This document shows positions 13,255-26,403 of a stretch of 64,000 nt of DNA, piece by piece. The stretch is from Octopus vulgaris. Taxonomy: Eukaryota. The DNA lies in contig OX597839.1 of NCBI GenBank assembly GCA_951406725.2, positions 28,272,001-28,336,000 of the forward strand. The letters are read 5' to 3'. The stretch's first letter is position 1; the number at the start of each line of letters is the position of its first letter. The position numbers were made by a program, and so were the translations under genes. A model generated the notes under the pieces. The model was not told the DNA's origin, did not search any database, and was given only the letters and a program-made list of their open reading frames with translations.

Positions 13255-13505
13255 GCTCCGGCTTTTCACGTTCTGAGTTCAAATGCGGCAAAGGTCAACC
13301 TTGCCGCTCATCCCTTCGCGGTCGATGAAATAAAGCATGAAATACTGAGATCGATGTAATCAACTGACCTCCAGCTTTTTATGTTCAGAGTTCAGATCAT
13401 AACATGAACTTCGACTTTCATCCCTCCGGGGTCACTAAAATAAAGTGTCAGTCAAGTACTGGGGTCGATGTAAAATTGCTGGCCTTGTGTCAAATTTGAA
13501 ACCAT
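13255..13505 (+). mobile_element. Family C SINE fragments (two partial copies)
   Basis: The TTCTGAGTTCAAAT...TCATCCCT...GGTC...AAATAAAG pattern occurs twice. Confidence 0.7.
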
Positions 13506-14078
13506 TATTATAGATGATGTTGTTGCTGCTACTAATGATGATGCTGTTAGCTCCAGATGAAACCCTAATCGAGTACAAAGGCACTCGTACCTTAACAGAG
13601 TCAGCGAGTTATGTTGAGTAACAGAGTCGAACCTTTCAATCCATCCGAGGGGACTTCCTTACAGTTTCCGCTGTCTCAGTTTCAATCATCAAGGATTTGA
13701 GTCGACCCAACGACACGGTGACAAAACAGATACCTGGCAGCGGGATCGAACTAGGAATCTCGTCTTTGGAAAACGAACCCTCTTTAACCAATCAAATCAT
13801 TCCCACATAATTCAAAGAGGAAAGAAGTCAGATTATTCCATTAATAACTTGTAGAAACTCCGTATTTCGTTAAGCAACCGTAATATGCTACAGAGTATAT
13901 TAAAGTCTGTACTGTATTCTACTGTGTTAGCAGTGCTATAACGTTATAAATGCGTTGAATAGAGACAGTAAAGCGAGTAGCCACATCAAAGTGACAGATG
14001 AATGTTACTACTAGTTTAATCCCTGGCGGGGATAGTAGGGGTGGGTTCGCTCCCCCTGCTAGTGATATATTATATGGT

Positions 14079-14478
14079 GGAAGCACTCCGTCGGTTACGA
14101 CGACGAGGGTTCCGGTTGATCCGAATCAACGGAACAGCCTGCTCGTGAAATTAACGTGTAAGTGGCTGAGCACTCCACAGACACGTGTACCCTTAACGTA
14201 GTTCTCGGGGATATTCAGCGTGACACAGAGAGTGACAAGGCCGGCCCTTTGAAATACAGGTACAACAGAAACAGGAAGTAAGAGTGAGAGAAAGTTGTGG
14301 TGAAAGAATACAGCAGGGATCACCACCATCCTTTCGCCGGAGGCTCGTGGAGCTTTTAGGTGTTTTCGCTCAATAAACACTCACAACGCCCGGTCTGGGA
14401 ATCGAAACCGCGATCCTACGACTAAAAGGCGGTGCTCCAGCATGGCCGCAATCAAATGACTGAAACAAGTAAAAGAGT
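14079..14478 (-). mobile_element. Family A SINE (-) fused to a family B 3' tail (+)
   Basis: 14079-14422 matches family A. The junction is at a CGAC microhomology, and 14419-14478 is the family B tail. Confidence 0.9.
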
Positions 14479-14489
14479 ATATATATAAT

Positions 14490-14680
14490 GTCCGAACGTT
14501 CGAAACGCGGAGAAGAGAAAACAGGGGACAACTGACGAAGGGATTGTCCTTTATGTTGCCTGTCTCGTTTCTCTGTTTCTTTCGTGGTTCGAAAAAATTT
14601 CGTTTACATGTTTTTGTTTTTTTATGTTCTCGTTTTTCATTTTGTTCACGTTTTCTTGACGTATCCATATATGAATGTAT
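14490..14680 (+). mobile_element. Penelope-like 3' end remnant with partial hammerhead motifs
   Basis: GAAAC at 14502, CTGACGA at 14532 and a T-rich tail. Homologous to 35065-35236 (-). Confidence 0.55.
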
Positions 14681-15859
14681 ATATACATATATAAATATAT
14701 ATACATATATATGTATGTACATCTATGTATGTATATATGCATATATATATACATATATATGTATGTACATCTATGTATGTATATATGCATATATATATAC
14801 ATATATATGTATATATATCTATGTATGTATATATATATATATATATTATTTATATTATATTTATATATATTATTTATATTATATTTATATACACATACAC
14901 ACAATACATTTAACAAGAGAAATATATTCCCTGGTTCAATGAAGGGATTTGAACGAAGAATGGACTCAGTGTTCATTGATAACTCGAAGATTCCAAAATA
15001 CAACCGACATTCTACCCAACACACACCTACACACACACAAACACACAAGTCTTATACACCCTAGCGTGAATCAACCTTGCTAGTTAACATGTGAAAAACG
15101 GTATCTTAGTCACAGATAAGCAGAATTCTAGAGATATTTGGCATCGAAAGACACCCAAACAGACCGACCCTTATCTTTTAGAGTTTGTTTTAAAAAAGCT
15201 ATTTTCGTCATCTAACCTATATATATATATATATACACATACAAACATACATACATACATATTAATATGGACGTGTTGTTACCTTCTATGTATGTGTCTT
15301 GTGTGTGTGTATAAAAGTATTTGTATATATTTCTATACAGAGCTGATTGCATATGAATGTATATATATATATAGATGTGTGTATGACGTATATGCACATA
15401 GGCTTAACAAATGCACAATATATGTTTGTGCGTGATTTTTAAGATGTGTGTGGAATTTATATGCGTTTTTTGTGCATGTGTGTATGTGTGTGTGATTAGG
15501 TCATTTTGTCACGTGACTTTATCAAATTAAATTTCGGTCTACATGCCATCAGAAGTAAGAATTATGTCTTCTTTCATCGCTGGTTTGATATGGACGAAGG
15601 AACTGTCTCCAAGCCCTTCACAGACTTTCCAAGACCAACACGTGTGCCTGTAGCTTTAACCGGCCTTCCGTAACCTAGAACTGTACCAAGTCTTCGCATA
15701 ACCTCCCAGACCAAAAACTGTGGTTATGCCCTTTGCAAGCCATGCCCCACCGGCATGGAGACCAGGATTTGTAACCATAGCTTCCATAAGGCCTTTCAAA
15801 CTGTTCTTATAGCCTTCGGAGGCCTTTCGAAACCAGGGGTTGCCTACACACATAAATAT

Positions 15860-16183
15860 TCTTTCCTTTGTGTCAGTTATTTGACTGCGGCCATGCTCGA
15901 GCACCGCCTTTAGTGGAACAAATCGACCCAGGACTTATTCTTTCTAACTCTAGTACTTATTCAATCGGGTTCTTTTGCCGAACTGCTAATGTCACGGGGA
16001 CCTAAACACACCGACATCGGTTGTCAAGCGATGGTGGGAGGACAAAGACACACACACACACATATATATATATATACAAAATGAGACAAGAACGCAAGAC
16101 ATCCAGAAGACGATACAAAAAACACGGATGGGTCATTCGAAGCCTTTAATCTTCAGTCAAGAACCGGATCATCCTCGCAATTT

Positions 16184-16234
<51 letters not shown>

Positions 16235-16379
16235 GACGAGCTTCTTTCAGTTTCCGTCCACCAAATACACTCACAAGGCTTTGGTAATAGAAGACACTTG
16301 CCCAAGATGCCACGCAGTGGAACTGAACCTGGAACCATGTGGTTGGAAAGCAAGCTTCTTTCCTCCTCAGACACTCCTA
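15860..16379 (-). mobile_element. Family B SINE with a nested insertion (16076-16187) in its internal microsatellite
   Basis: The tail and head are separated by a segment that also occurs at 31900-32015. Confidence 0.9.
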
Positions 16380-16713
16380 TCTCATAACTATGTACTAGAA
16401 GCATCATTGTTTGCTACATTCAAGATTTTTTTCCACAGAATAACATATGGAGTTGTGTAAAATATATATTTAACCCAGTGTCTGTCCAAAACATTTTCCT
16501 GAGTTTGTCCTAGGCGTCCATACTTGTTTTCAGGTTTTTAGTCAACCTTTGTTTCATATGCTCCGAGTAATATAAAGTCTTCCTGTCGTAACTTCAAAGT
16601 TAGTTTACTAGGTCTATTATATGATGCATGAACGCCAGGGAATATATATCCTGTGCATCATATGTGGTACACAGAATAGGCAAGGGGTTAATTATTTAAT
16701 ATTATTTACCATG

Positions 16714-16955
16714 AGGTGGCGAGCTGGCAGAATCGTTAACACACCGGGCAAAATGCTTAGCGGTATTTCGTCCTTCTTTACGTTCTGAGTTCAAATTCTG
16801 CCGAGGTTGAATTTGCCTTTCATCCTGTCGAGGTGTGCGTGTGTGTGGTGGGGGGGGGTCAATAAAATAAGCACCAATTGAACACTAGGAATCGATGTAA
16901 TCGACTCAGCCCTCCACACCGAAATTTCAGGGTTTGGGCCTATAATGGAAAGGAT
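16714..16955 (+). mobile_element. Family C SINE (Meta-domain-like)
   Basis: GGTGGCGAGCTGGCAGAATCGTTA...GAGTTCAAATTC...TTGCCTTTCATCC... Confidence 0.9.
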
Positions 16956-16990
16956 TCATTATTTACTACGACAATATTTAATAGCATATA

Positions 16991-17200
16991 TACGAGGGGC
17001 GTTCAATAAGTAATGCCACTGACCCACTTGCAGTTGTTTGATCTAGCTGAAATTTTGCATGTGCACTTATTTATACCTCTATAGATTAAGTGGCGAATTA
17101 CAGCCCTGAACTAATTGTGGTTTCTGATTTACAGGTGTTTGAACTGAGTCAAGTGTGAAATGGAGCCTGTTGAGTGTCGAGCAGTGATCTGGTTTTTGTA
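16991..17200 (+). mobile_element. Mariner 5' end (TIR plus transposase start)
   Basis: A TA-CGAGGGGCGTTCAATAAGTAAT TIR. The ATG at 17160 gives MEPVECRAVIWFL, which resembles mariner N-termini. Confidence 0.8.
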
Positions 17201-17464
17201 GAAGCACTTTTTTTCCCAGAAAAATTTCTCAAACTAAAAACAGAACATTCACCCTGGGCCCTATATGTAAAATTGGGTCTCCTATGAGCTACATTTTGTC
17301 ACTGACGCTCACTTTTTCCTAAATATGCGCTACTAAAACTCTGTTGGGGGCGTCTAATGTACTCGTGTGTCTTTTATGCCATGAAATGTGGTAATTATTG
17401 CATGAAATATCTGAGTAATAACCGAAGAATTAATGACATTCTATCTTTTTGTTTTGTTTTGCAG

Positions 17465-17502
17465 CCACTTTGGAGAATAAAAGAGACAATTCCAAGAGTG
17501 AC
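17465..17502 (+). other. Candidate 38-nt internal exon of an unidentified host gene
   Basis: Acceptor TCTTTTTGTTTTGTTTTGCAG and donor AC|GTAAGT, in unique sequence. Two frames are open (PLWRIKETIPRV; xTLENKRDNSKSD). Confidence 0.6.
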
Positions 17503-17545
17503 GTAAGTAGAATGACAATCTTCTGAGGAATTTAGAAACAAAGCA

Positions 17546-17593
<48 letters not shown>

Positions 17594-18054
17594 TTAACAA
17601 ATGAAACAATCGTTTTTCTTGTTAAGAATATTTTGTTTTTTTCAATATCGTTTTTTAAATTTTTGTCTTTGTTTCTGCCTGACTGTGTGTTCTTAACATT
17701 TCGTTATTTTCCAAGTGTCAATTTCAAAATGTATTTTATTCCACTTCTTTTAACGATTACGAAGGAAGAGAGTAGAAAAAAAAATAACGATAAAAATAAA
17801 CAATAAAAAATTATTTGTGATTGAAATTACTGACGATAATTCATTAAATTGAAACCCTTAACCCTTTTTTGTTACGAACCGTCATTTTCCTTATCTCTTT
17901 ACTCCGTTTCTTTTTTGGGGATAAAATATCTCAATGGAAGAAAGCGCTTTCTTTCTCTATATCTATCTGTCTATATATCTTTTCTTCTGTTTAGATATAT
18001 ATATATATGTGTGTGTGTGTGTGTATGAATATATGTATGTATGTATGTATGTGA

Positions 18055-18124
<70 letters not shown>

Positions 18125-18354
18125 GGGACTCTGCCGTCGTTAGACGACGTATGAGGGTTCGGCAACTTCTTGCCGAAAGTCCACACAGACGGTTTGTTTA
18201 TAGTGAACAGATGTTTGTGTCCACATAAGCTCACTTCCTCCATCAAATCTACATTACCTGTACAGGTGCAATGGGTGCCGCATGTCAGATGACGAAATGC
18301 TCACAGAGTAACACCCTAACCACTAAGCCATGCACCTTCAACATATACATATAT

Positions 18355-18518
18355 AGGCGCAGGAGTGGCTGTGTGGTAAGTAGCTTGCTTACCAACCACA
18401 TGGTTCCGGGTTCAGTCCCACTGCGTGGCACCTTGGGCAAGTGTTTTCTACTATAGCCTCGGGCCGACCAAAGCCTTGTGAGTGGATTTGGTAGACAGAA
18501 ACTGAAAGAAGCCCGTCG

Positions 18519-18579
<61 letters not shown>

Positions 18580-18767
18580 TTGTCCCCCCAACATCGCTTG
18601 ACAACCGATGCTGGTGGGTTTATATCCCCGTAACTTAGCGGCTCGGCAAAAGAGACCGATAGCATAAGTACTAGGCTTACAAAGAATAAGTCCTGGGTTC
18701 AATTTCCTCGACTAAAGACAGTGCTCCAGCATGGCCGCAGTCAAATGACTGAAACAAGTAAAAGAGT
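18355..18767 (+). mobile_element. Family B SINE, full length
   Basis: Matches the family B consensus. Confidence 0.95.
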
Positions 18768-18956
18768 ATATATATCAGCAGCCCTGGTTGCCTACCGTGA
18801 AATATAAAAAGGGCTCTTTTGAATTTATCGTACTTCGATAAGGAAAAAACCCACAAACTTCCGTCCCAGCAAACTGCAATTGTTGCTGAAAGTTGTGTTT
18901 TATATTTACTACGGATTGCTTGAACCTAACCTTCTTCCTACACCTCGATCCTTGGA

Positions 18957-19255
18957 ACCTGTGGGTGTGCGTGTTAGGATGTTACACTCACGATCACTTG
19001 ATAGTGATTTCGATTCCGAAAGTAGAAGGTGTGTTGTGCTGTTGGGCGGAACACTTCGTTTCGGGTTGCTCTGCGATCATTTCGACACCTGGCGCGTGGC
19101 ACATTTGTGCACCTGTACAGGTAACGTCGATCTGATGGAAGGAAAGAGCTAATGTGGAGACACAGGCGTTTGATCACTATTTACAAATCGCTTGTGAGGT
19201 TGTTCGGCAAGAGATTGCGAAACTGTCGTTTGTTGTCCGTCGACGAGAGAATGCA
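18957..19255 (+). mobile_element. Older tRNA-derived SINE, family E
   Basis: Decayed tRNA head and the shared block CACCTG(G/A)CGCGTGGCACA..TGTGCACCTGTACAGGTAAC. Also at 21896-22180 (+) and 18121-18340 (-). Confidence 0.7.
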
Positions 19256-19699
19256 TAATGTATTGGGTTGTTATTGAACGAAACTTCAATTTACACAATG
19301 GAAATATGGAGGAAGGTCGAAATGGCGATAATCAACATTATATTATAAGAAATATTGAATTTCTAAATCTCTCGTAGAGACATGTACGGTGGTGGGGCGA
19401 TAGAATGGTTGTATACTGTCAATCTAACACGAACGTGACAGTAGGGGGTACACCACCGCTGTATAGCCCTAGGAAGCATCGAACGCCTCCTGATAGCTTT
19501 GACACATTTTTTTTCCCTGTGTCCTTATATACATATTATTTGCTTTGTCGAGTCATCAACGTCACCATCAACACCATCACCATTATCACCATCATCATCA
19601 CCATTAACATCACTAATATCAACATCAACAGCATCGCCACGAATTGCCATTATCATCAGCAGCACCATCAGTACCATCAGCATCATCATAAATACATAT

Positions 19700-20110
19700 T
19701 TCTTTACTACCCTATAAGGGGCTAAACCCAGAGAGGACAAACAAGGACAGACAAAGGGATTAAGTCGACTACATCGACCCCAGTGCGTAACTGGTACTTA
19801 TTTAATCGAACCCAAAAGGATGAAAGGCAAAGTCGACCTCGGCGGAATTTGAACTCAGAACGTAGCGGCAGACGAAATACCTATTTCTTTATTACCCACA
19901 AGGGGCTAAACAGGGGGGGGGGGACAAACAAGGACAGACAAAGGGATTAAGTCGATTACATCGACCCCAGTGCGTAACTGGTGCTTAATTTATCGACCCC
20001 GAAAGGATGAAAGGCAAAGTCGACCTCGGCGGAATTTGAACTCGGAACGTAGCGGCAGACGAAATACCGCTAAACATTTCGCCCAGCGTGCTAACCACTC
20101 TGCCAGCTCG
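19700..20110 (-). mobile_element. Family C SINE, tandem dimer
   Basis: Two ~185-bp copies of AAGGGGCTAAA...GCAGACGAAATACC. Confidence 0.9.
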
Positions 20111-20344
20111 CATCATCATAAATACCATCATCATTGCCGCACCACCACCACCACCATCCTCCTCCTCCTCACTATCACAAACGCACCAATAGGTTGGCGG
20201 AAGGTAGGGCGGGGCGAGGGTGAAATAAACTACCCCAGTGCATAACTGGTAATAGTTTTATTGATAACCATCCACCTGAGATCAAACGAGAGCCAGGTGG
20301 AATTTGAACTTGGCTGGTAGGAGAACACAATGGTAGGATCTAAA

Positions 20345-20875
20345 ACAGGGGACCTCAACCATTTTTCATCTACGGACCCCTTTGATTACCATTTCATTCT
20401 GGTAGACCTCCATAGCCATTTGAAGGTTAAAAACTAGTTTTATAGAAACTTCTTTCAAAAACCCCTATTTTGTTCATCACACATAAAATTGTGTAGGTTG
20501 AACAATGTAAAATGTTAGGGAAAGGAACCCAGCTGTTTCTTGCAATACATACCAATAGATACATCTAAAGCAAAATTTCTTCAGGCTCTCAACTATTTTT
20601 CATCTACAGACCCCTTTGATAACCATGTAATCCTGGTGGTCCCCATACCCTTTAGATGTTTAAAAACTAGTTTTATAGATACGTCTTTCAAGCATTCTTG
20701 CTACGCTTTTCTTCTTACATTAAACTTGCGTTAAGTTGAATCAGGTAAAATGTTAGAGAAAGGGTCCTGGCTGTTTTTTGTAAATACATACCAATACATA
20801 CAATATAAAGCATCATTTTTTTAGGGGCCCTTAAAATACTGTTGTGGATCCCCAATTTTGTTGCGTGGACCCTGC
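20345..20875. mobile_element. Putative non-autonomous DNA transposon with an internal ~235-bp tandem duplication
   Basis: Starts CAGGGGACCTCAACC (hAT-like). 20345-20580 is similar to 20581-20820. Confidence 0.5.
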
Positions 20876-21895
20876 CAAAATCTAACTGATCTAAAATAAG
20901 GCGTTACTATCAACCATTGGGCTGGTGATTCAATCTAAGGAAAGTTTGAGAAAACAAAACTCTAGGTGGGCAGAGTAGTAGTAGCATTTTGTCTGTCTTA
21001 ACATTCTGAGTTCAAATTCCGCTGAGGTCAACTTTGCCTTTCATCCTTTCAGGGTCGATGAAATAAGTACCAGTAACGCACCAGGGTCGATGTAATCGAC
21101 TAGCCCCTCTCCCCAAATTTCAGGCCTTTTGCCTATAGCAAAAAGGATTATTATTATTATTATTATTCCATTAATATCACGAGACGTCTCTTGGTTGCCG
21201 TTCCGATCATAAAATCAATTAACCGTGTCCCAATGACTTAAAATATGAGAAAAACCCTTCCATCATGACAAACTATTTTTCCATTTCTCTCTCTCTCTTT
21301 CTCTCTCTATCTCTCTCTCTCTCTCCATTAAATAACTTCACTACGGCCCTGCTTTACTCATCCCTTATAAGACAAAATATAAAATAAAAATACGAAAATA
21401 CACAACCACAGACACACATATCATATCTTTAATAAGCTGTCGTTATTCCCACCGGAAGAAGACGCCATCTTAGGTTACATAACTTCCACGCTTCACGGTT
21501 TTTTTCTTCTTTCCCATCAAATCAACTTCTCCGTGTTAAGTGGTTAGTCAGAGGAAGTGGGAAGAGGTAAGGGAGGAAGTGGGAGAGAAGGTGGGAAGAG
21601 GAAGAGATGGAGGTGGCAGAAGTGGAGGTGATGTAGTACTTTACTTTTTACATTTTGATTTCCCCCTTCACCTCCAGCTCCCAAGAAGATTCTTAGAATG
21701 GGATTCGGTGTAGGGGTGGGGTGGAAGTGGGGGTGACGGATAATAATTGAATGAGTTCAACGCGGCCCATGATTGATTTCGACTGCCACAGGTTTACGGT
21801 TACCAGAAAGTGTGAGGGGAAGTGAGCGAAGATGGTAAAAGTGGTCGGTAGGAATTCAAACACGTTCTACACTATTTTAACGACTGCAATGTGTG

Positions 21896-22180
21896 TGTGA
21901 AGCCGCATGGCCCAGTGGTTAGGCTGTTGCACTTACAATCGCTAGATCGTGGGTTCAATTTCTAGACGTTGTGTTCTTGAGCAAAATACTTTATCTCACG
22001 TTGCTCACCTCGACACCTGACGCGTGGCACACTTGTGCACCTGTACAGGTAACATCGATTTAATGGAGGGAGCGAGCTAATAATGTACATCACATACATT
22101 TGATCACAGTAGAGCGAATTATCTGTGCGAGTTTCTACCGTAAGAAATTGCGAAACCATCTTTCTCGGACTACGAAGAGA
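21896..22180 (+). mobile_element. Family E SINE
   Basis: TGGCCCAGTGGTTAGG A box, GGTTCAATT B box and a CORE-like TCTTGAGCAAAATACTT. Confidence 0.8.
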
Positions 22181-22368
22181 CTGAACACGAAACCACAAGG
22201 ACTTTCCGGAATCCAGCTGAGGAGGGACTCGGCTGCGAATGACCTGTGTATCTTATTTTTGTCCTGTTTGCCGTGTTATGCTATCGTCTATTTTCCCGCA
22301 TGTTGTGTTCTTTCTGTCCTACCTTTGATTTTTCTATGCGGTGCTCCGTACAACCTATTGTTTACTTT

Positions 22369-22429
<61 letters not shown>

Positions 22430-22512
22430 GCAATACGAGAGTATTGCTTTCCAGTAAAGGATAGTCCGTGAGGGTAAAATTATGCATAAAAGTAAATAAA
22501 TGGTACAACGAA

Positions 22513-22560
<48 letters not shown>

Positions 22561-23176
22561 GATGGGCTTCTTTCAGTTTCCGTATACCAAATCAACTCAC
22601 AAGGCTTTGGTCGGCAGAGGGACTGAACCCGGGACCATGTGGCTGGGAACCAAGCTTCTTACCACACAGCCACTCATATATATATTTATTTATTTATTTA
22701 GAGGATATGTTAACCTCGTGAAGGGATGGTTACATCAAAGGGAACACCGGTTCGATACCGAGTATTATTGGGGTATGAAATTCCCGTAAAACAATTGGTA
22801 TATATTAAGAATATACTTCATATCCAGTTCAATGAAGAAAAGAAAATAGAGAGCTGAAAGTTAATAAATATTCATTACTAACAAATTGGTAATCTTTACT
22901 ACTTACAGCCGTTTCCATTCATACTCTATAATTAAATTACAAATTTGTGCATTTAATTTGCATTAATATGCTACGAGTATAATGTGTGTGTGTGTGTGTG
23001 TGTGTGTTGTACACACATACACACAGCGAGCTTCCACACAGTTTCTGTCAACCAAATTCACTCGAGGCTTTGGTCAGCCCAGAAGAGCTTAGTCCAAGGT
23101 AATGCGCCGCGGGGTTGAAACCGAAACCACGTGCTTATGAAGCGAACATCGTAACCACACAACTATACCTGTACAT

Positions 23177-23304
<128 letters not shown>

Positions 23305-23713
23305 GCTTGTACCTTCTTAAGACCAGAGTAGGCAGGGCAACAGCCCGGAGACGCCACAGGTGAATGAACCCAGCTCTAATTTTATACACGCTGTGGCTTA
23401 TTTTCAATAAATAAATGCTTATCCCTCGATGTACGGCTTTCTTTCTCCGCCTACCGGAAGCCTAAAATTATGTTAAGACGGCGGCGTATATAAGAAAGCG
23501 TTTGACAATAAAGCTGCAATGCGGCGTGGCAACATCAGTAGCAATGTGTTACATGTTGTCATTGTGTAATGAATAGTTTATTGTAAATGTGGAGCTTTTT
23601 CTCTTATTGTAGTCTTGTGGTCATTGAGAGTTGAGTATGTGTCGGCGAGCAAACACGGCGAGCAAACACGGCGCTCTGAACGTGTGTGCGTAAGTATGTG
23701 TATGAAAAACAGC

Positions 23714-23748
<35 letters not shown>

Positions 23749-24554
23749 ACAGCTCTTTTCATTTGTATGTGTGTTTGTAAATGGAAGCAACACCTTGCAT
23801 TTGTAAGTGAAACGTAACTGTGTGTGTGTGTGTGTGTGTCGTCAACTTTTTACTGTTACGTCTCTTTACGATTCAGCTTTTTTCAATGTTACACACACAC
23901 ACACACACACATTTGTGTGAGTGTGTGTGTGTCTGCTCTATTACCCCAACACGAAGGTCATGTTTTGTCTAGTGATGAAGGTGTAGGTGGTGGCAGTTGT
24001 GGTGGTGAGATATCTAGTGATAGTAGTACTGGTTGTGATATGGGTGTTGGTGGTGGCAGTGATAGTATGGGTGCTAGTGGTTGTAGTAGTAGTGGTGGTG
24101 AGAGTATGGTGCGACTGGTGGTAGTGGTGGTTATAGTGGAGGTGGTCGTGATAGTATGGGTGCTAGTTGTAGTAGTGACGGTTATAGTGGTGGCGTGAGA
24201 GTAAGGGAGCTAGTGGTAGTGGTGGTTATGGTGGTGGTGGTGGTGATAGCATAGGTGCTAGTGGTAGTGGTGTTTATGGTGGTGGTAGTGGAGATATCGT
24301 AGGTAACAGAGGTGCGGTAAGGGTAGACATTGGTGCTGCTGTTGCTGCAAGCTCTGACTGCATAAACCAAATTCCAAAGCATTCCATCCGTGACCCTCTC
24401 GTCATTTTTCTATACTTGCATGGAACTCAACACCACGTTACCTAACGGGGTTTTTTTTGTTAAAATGGTAGCAGCGTGATTTGAGGGAGATTTAGCTGCT
24501 GTTTCTAGCAGGTCGCGTAACCACCATGAGTTTACCTCGTTCACTCGCGCTGAT

Positions 24555-25760
24555 GATGGTGGGAGTAGTGATGGAGGTAGTGATGGTCGTGGGGATGGTG
24601 GTAGTGGTGTTGGTAATGGTGGTGGTGGTAGTGGTAGTGGTGATGGTGGTAGTGGTGGTGGTGGTGTTGGTAGTGGTGGTGGTGGTGATGGTAGTGGTGA
24701 TGGTGGTAGTGGTGGTGGTGTTGGTAGTGGTAGTGGTGGTGGTAGTGGTAGTGGTGATGGTGGTAGTGGTAGTGGTGGTGTTGGTAGTGGTGGTGGTGGT
24801 AGTGTTGGTAGTGGTGATGGTGGTAGTGGTGGTGGTGGTGGTTGGTAGTGGTGGTGGTGATGGTGGTAGTGGTGGTGGTGGTGGTGGTGGTGGTGGTGGT
24901 GGTGGTGGTGGTGGTGGTGGTGGTGGTGGTTGTGGTGATGTTGGTAGTGGTGGTGGTGATGATGGTAGTGGTAGTGGTGGTGGTAGTGGTAGTGGTGATG
25001 GTGGTAGTGGTAGTGGTGGTGTTGGTAGTGGTGGTGGTGGTAGTGTTGGTAGTGGTGATGGTGGTGGTGGTGTTGGTAGTGGTGGTGGTGATGGTGGTAG
25101 TGGTGATGGTGGTAGTGGTGGTGGTGGTGGTGGTGGTGGTGGTGGTGGTGGTGGTGGTGGTGGTGGTGGTGGTGGTGGTGGTGGTGGTGGTGGTGGTGGT
25201 GGTAGTGGTGATGGTGGTGGTGGTGGTAGTGGTGGTGGTGGTAGTAGTGGTGGTGGTGGTGGTGGTGGTGGTGGTGGTGGTGGTAGTGGTGGTGGTGGTG
25301 GTAGTAGTGGTGGTGGTGGTGGTGGTGGTAGTGGTGGTAGTAGTGGTGGTGGTGGTGGTGGTGGTGGTGGTAGTGGTGGTGGTGGTAGTAGTGGTGGTGG
25401 TGGTAGTAGTGGTGGTGGTGGTGGTGGTGGTAGTGGTGGTGGTGGTAGTAGTGTAGTGGTGGTGGTAGTAGTGGTGGTGGTGGTAGTAGTGGTGGTGGTG
25501 GTGGTGGTAGTGGTGGTGGTGGTAGTGGTGGTGGTGGTGGTGGTGGTGGTGGTAGTGGTGGTGGTGGTAGTGGTGATGGTGGTAGTGGTGGTGGTGGTGG
25601 TAGTGTTGGTAGTGGTGATGGTGGTGGTGGTGGTAGTGGTGGTGGTGGTAGTAGTGGTGGTGGTGGTAGTAGTGGTGGTGGTGGTGGTGGTGGTAGTGGT
25701 GGTGGTGGTAGTAGTGGTGGTGGTGGTGGTGGTGGTAGTGGTGGTGGTGGTGGTGGTGAT
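24555..25760. repeat. ~1.2-kb (GGT/AGT/GAT)n trinucleotide tract
   Basis: Directly visible. A more decayed version lies at 23970-24300. Confidence 0.98.
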
Positions 25761-26360
25761 ACTGAGAATTTTCCAAGGAGATTTCGGTATAATATCTTTA
25801 GTCATTGTGTGTGTGTGTGTTTGTGTGTGAGAGAGTATTTGAGTGTGTGACAATGTGTGCATGCGTGTGCGTGCGTGCGTGTATGTGTGTGTGTGTGTGT
25901 GGATACGTGTGCGACTGTGTTTGTATATGTCAATGTGTATGTGTGTGGATGTCAGATCTCTCTGATATTTCTGGGTGAATAATTTATGGAATTGAGATAG
26001 AGTGTGTGTGTGTGCGAACGTGAGTTAGTGTGTCAGTGTGTGTGTGTGTGTGGGTAGAGAATATGAGAAAAGTGTGTTAATGTTACAATACAATCCGGAG
26101 TTATAAATGAATGAACGACGATGACGACGGGTGCATAGTTTTCCAGGGAGTGAAACAGGAATAGAACACGTGTGTGTGTGTGTGTGTGTGTGTTCATGTA
26201 GATGACATAAAGATAGACTTCAAAATATCTCTTTAATATGAACTCACACAGACACACACACATAGGCATACAAACATGTTGTACGTGTGTATGGTTATAG
26301 AGATGACAAACAGATAGAGCGGATTTCAAAATAACTTCCCTTCATTTATATACTCAGCCA

Positions 26361-26401
<41 letters not shown>

Positions 26402-26403
<2 letters not shown>

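Noticed and set aside
16615-16670. Small hairpin ATATGATGCA...TGCATCATAT
   Set aside because: It has a large asymmetric bulge, AT-rich arms and no recognisable miRNA sequence.
24492-25862. Long ORFs of 204-456 aa (poly-T/P/V/G/H)
   Set aside because: They are read-throughs of a (GGT)n tract, with no complex sequence or splice support.
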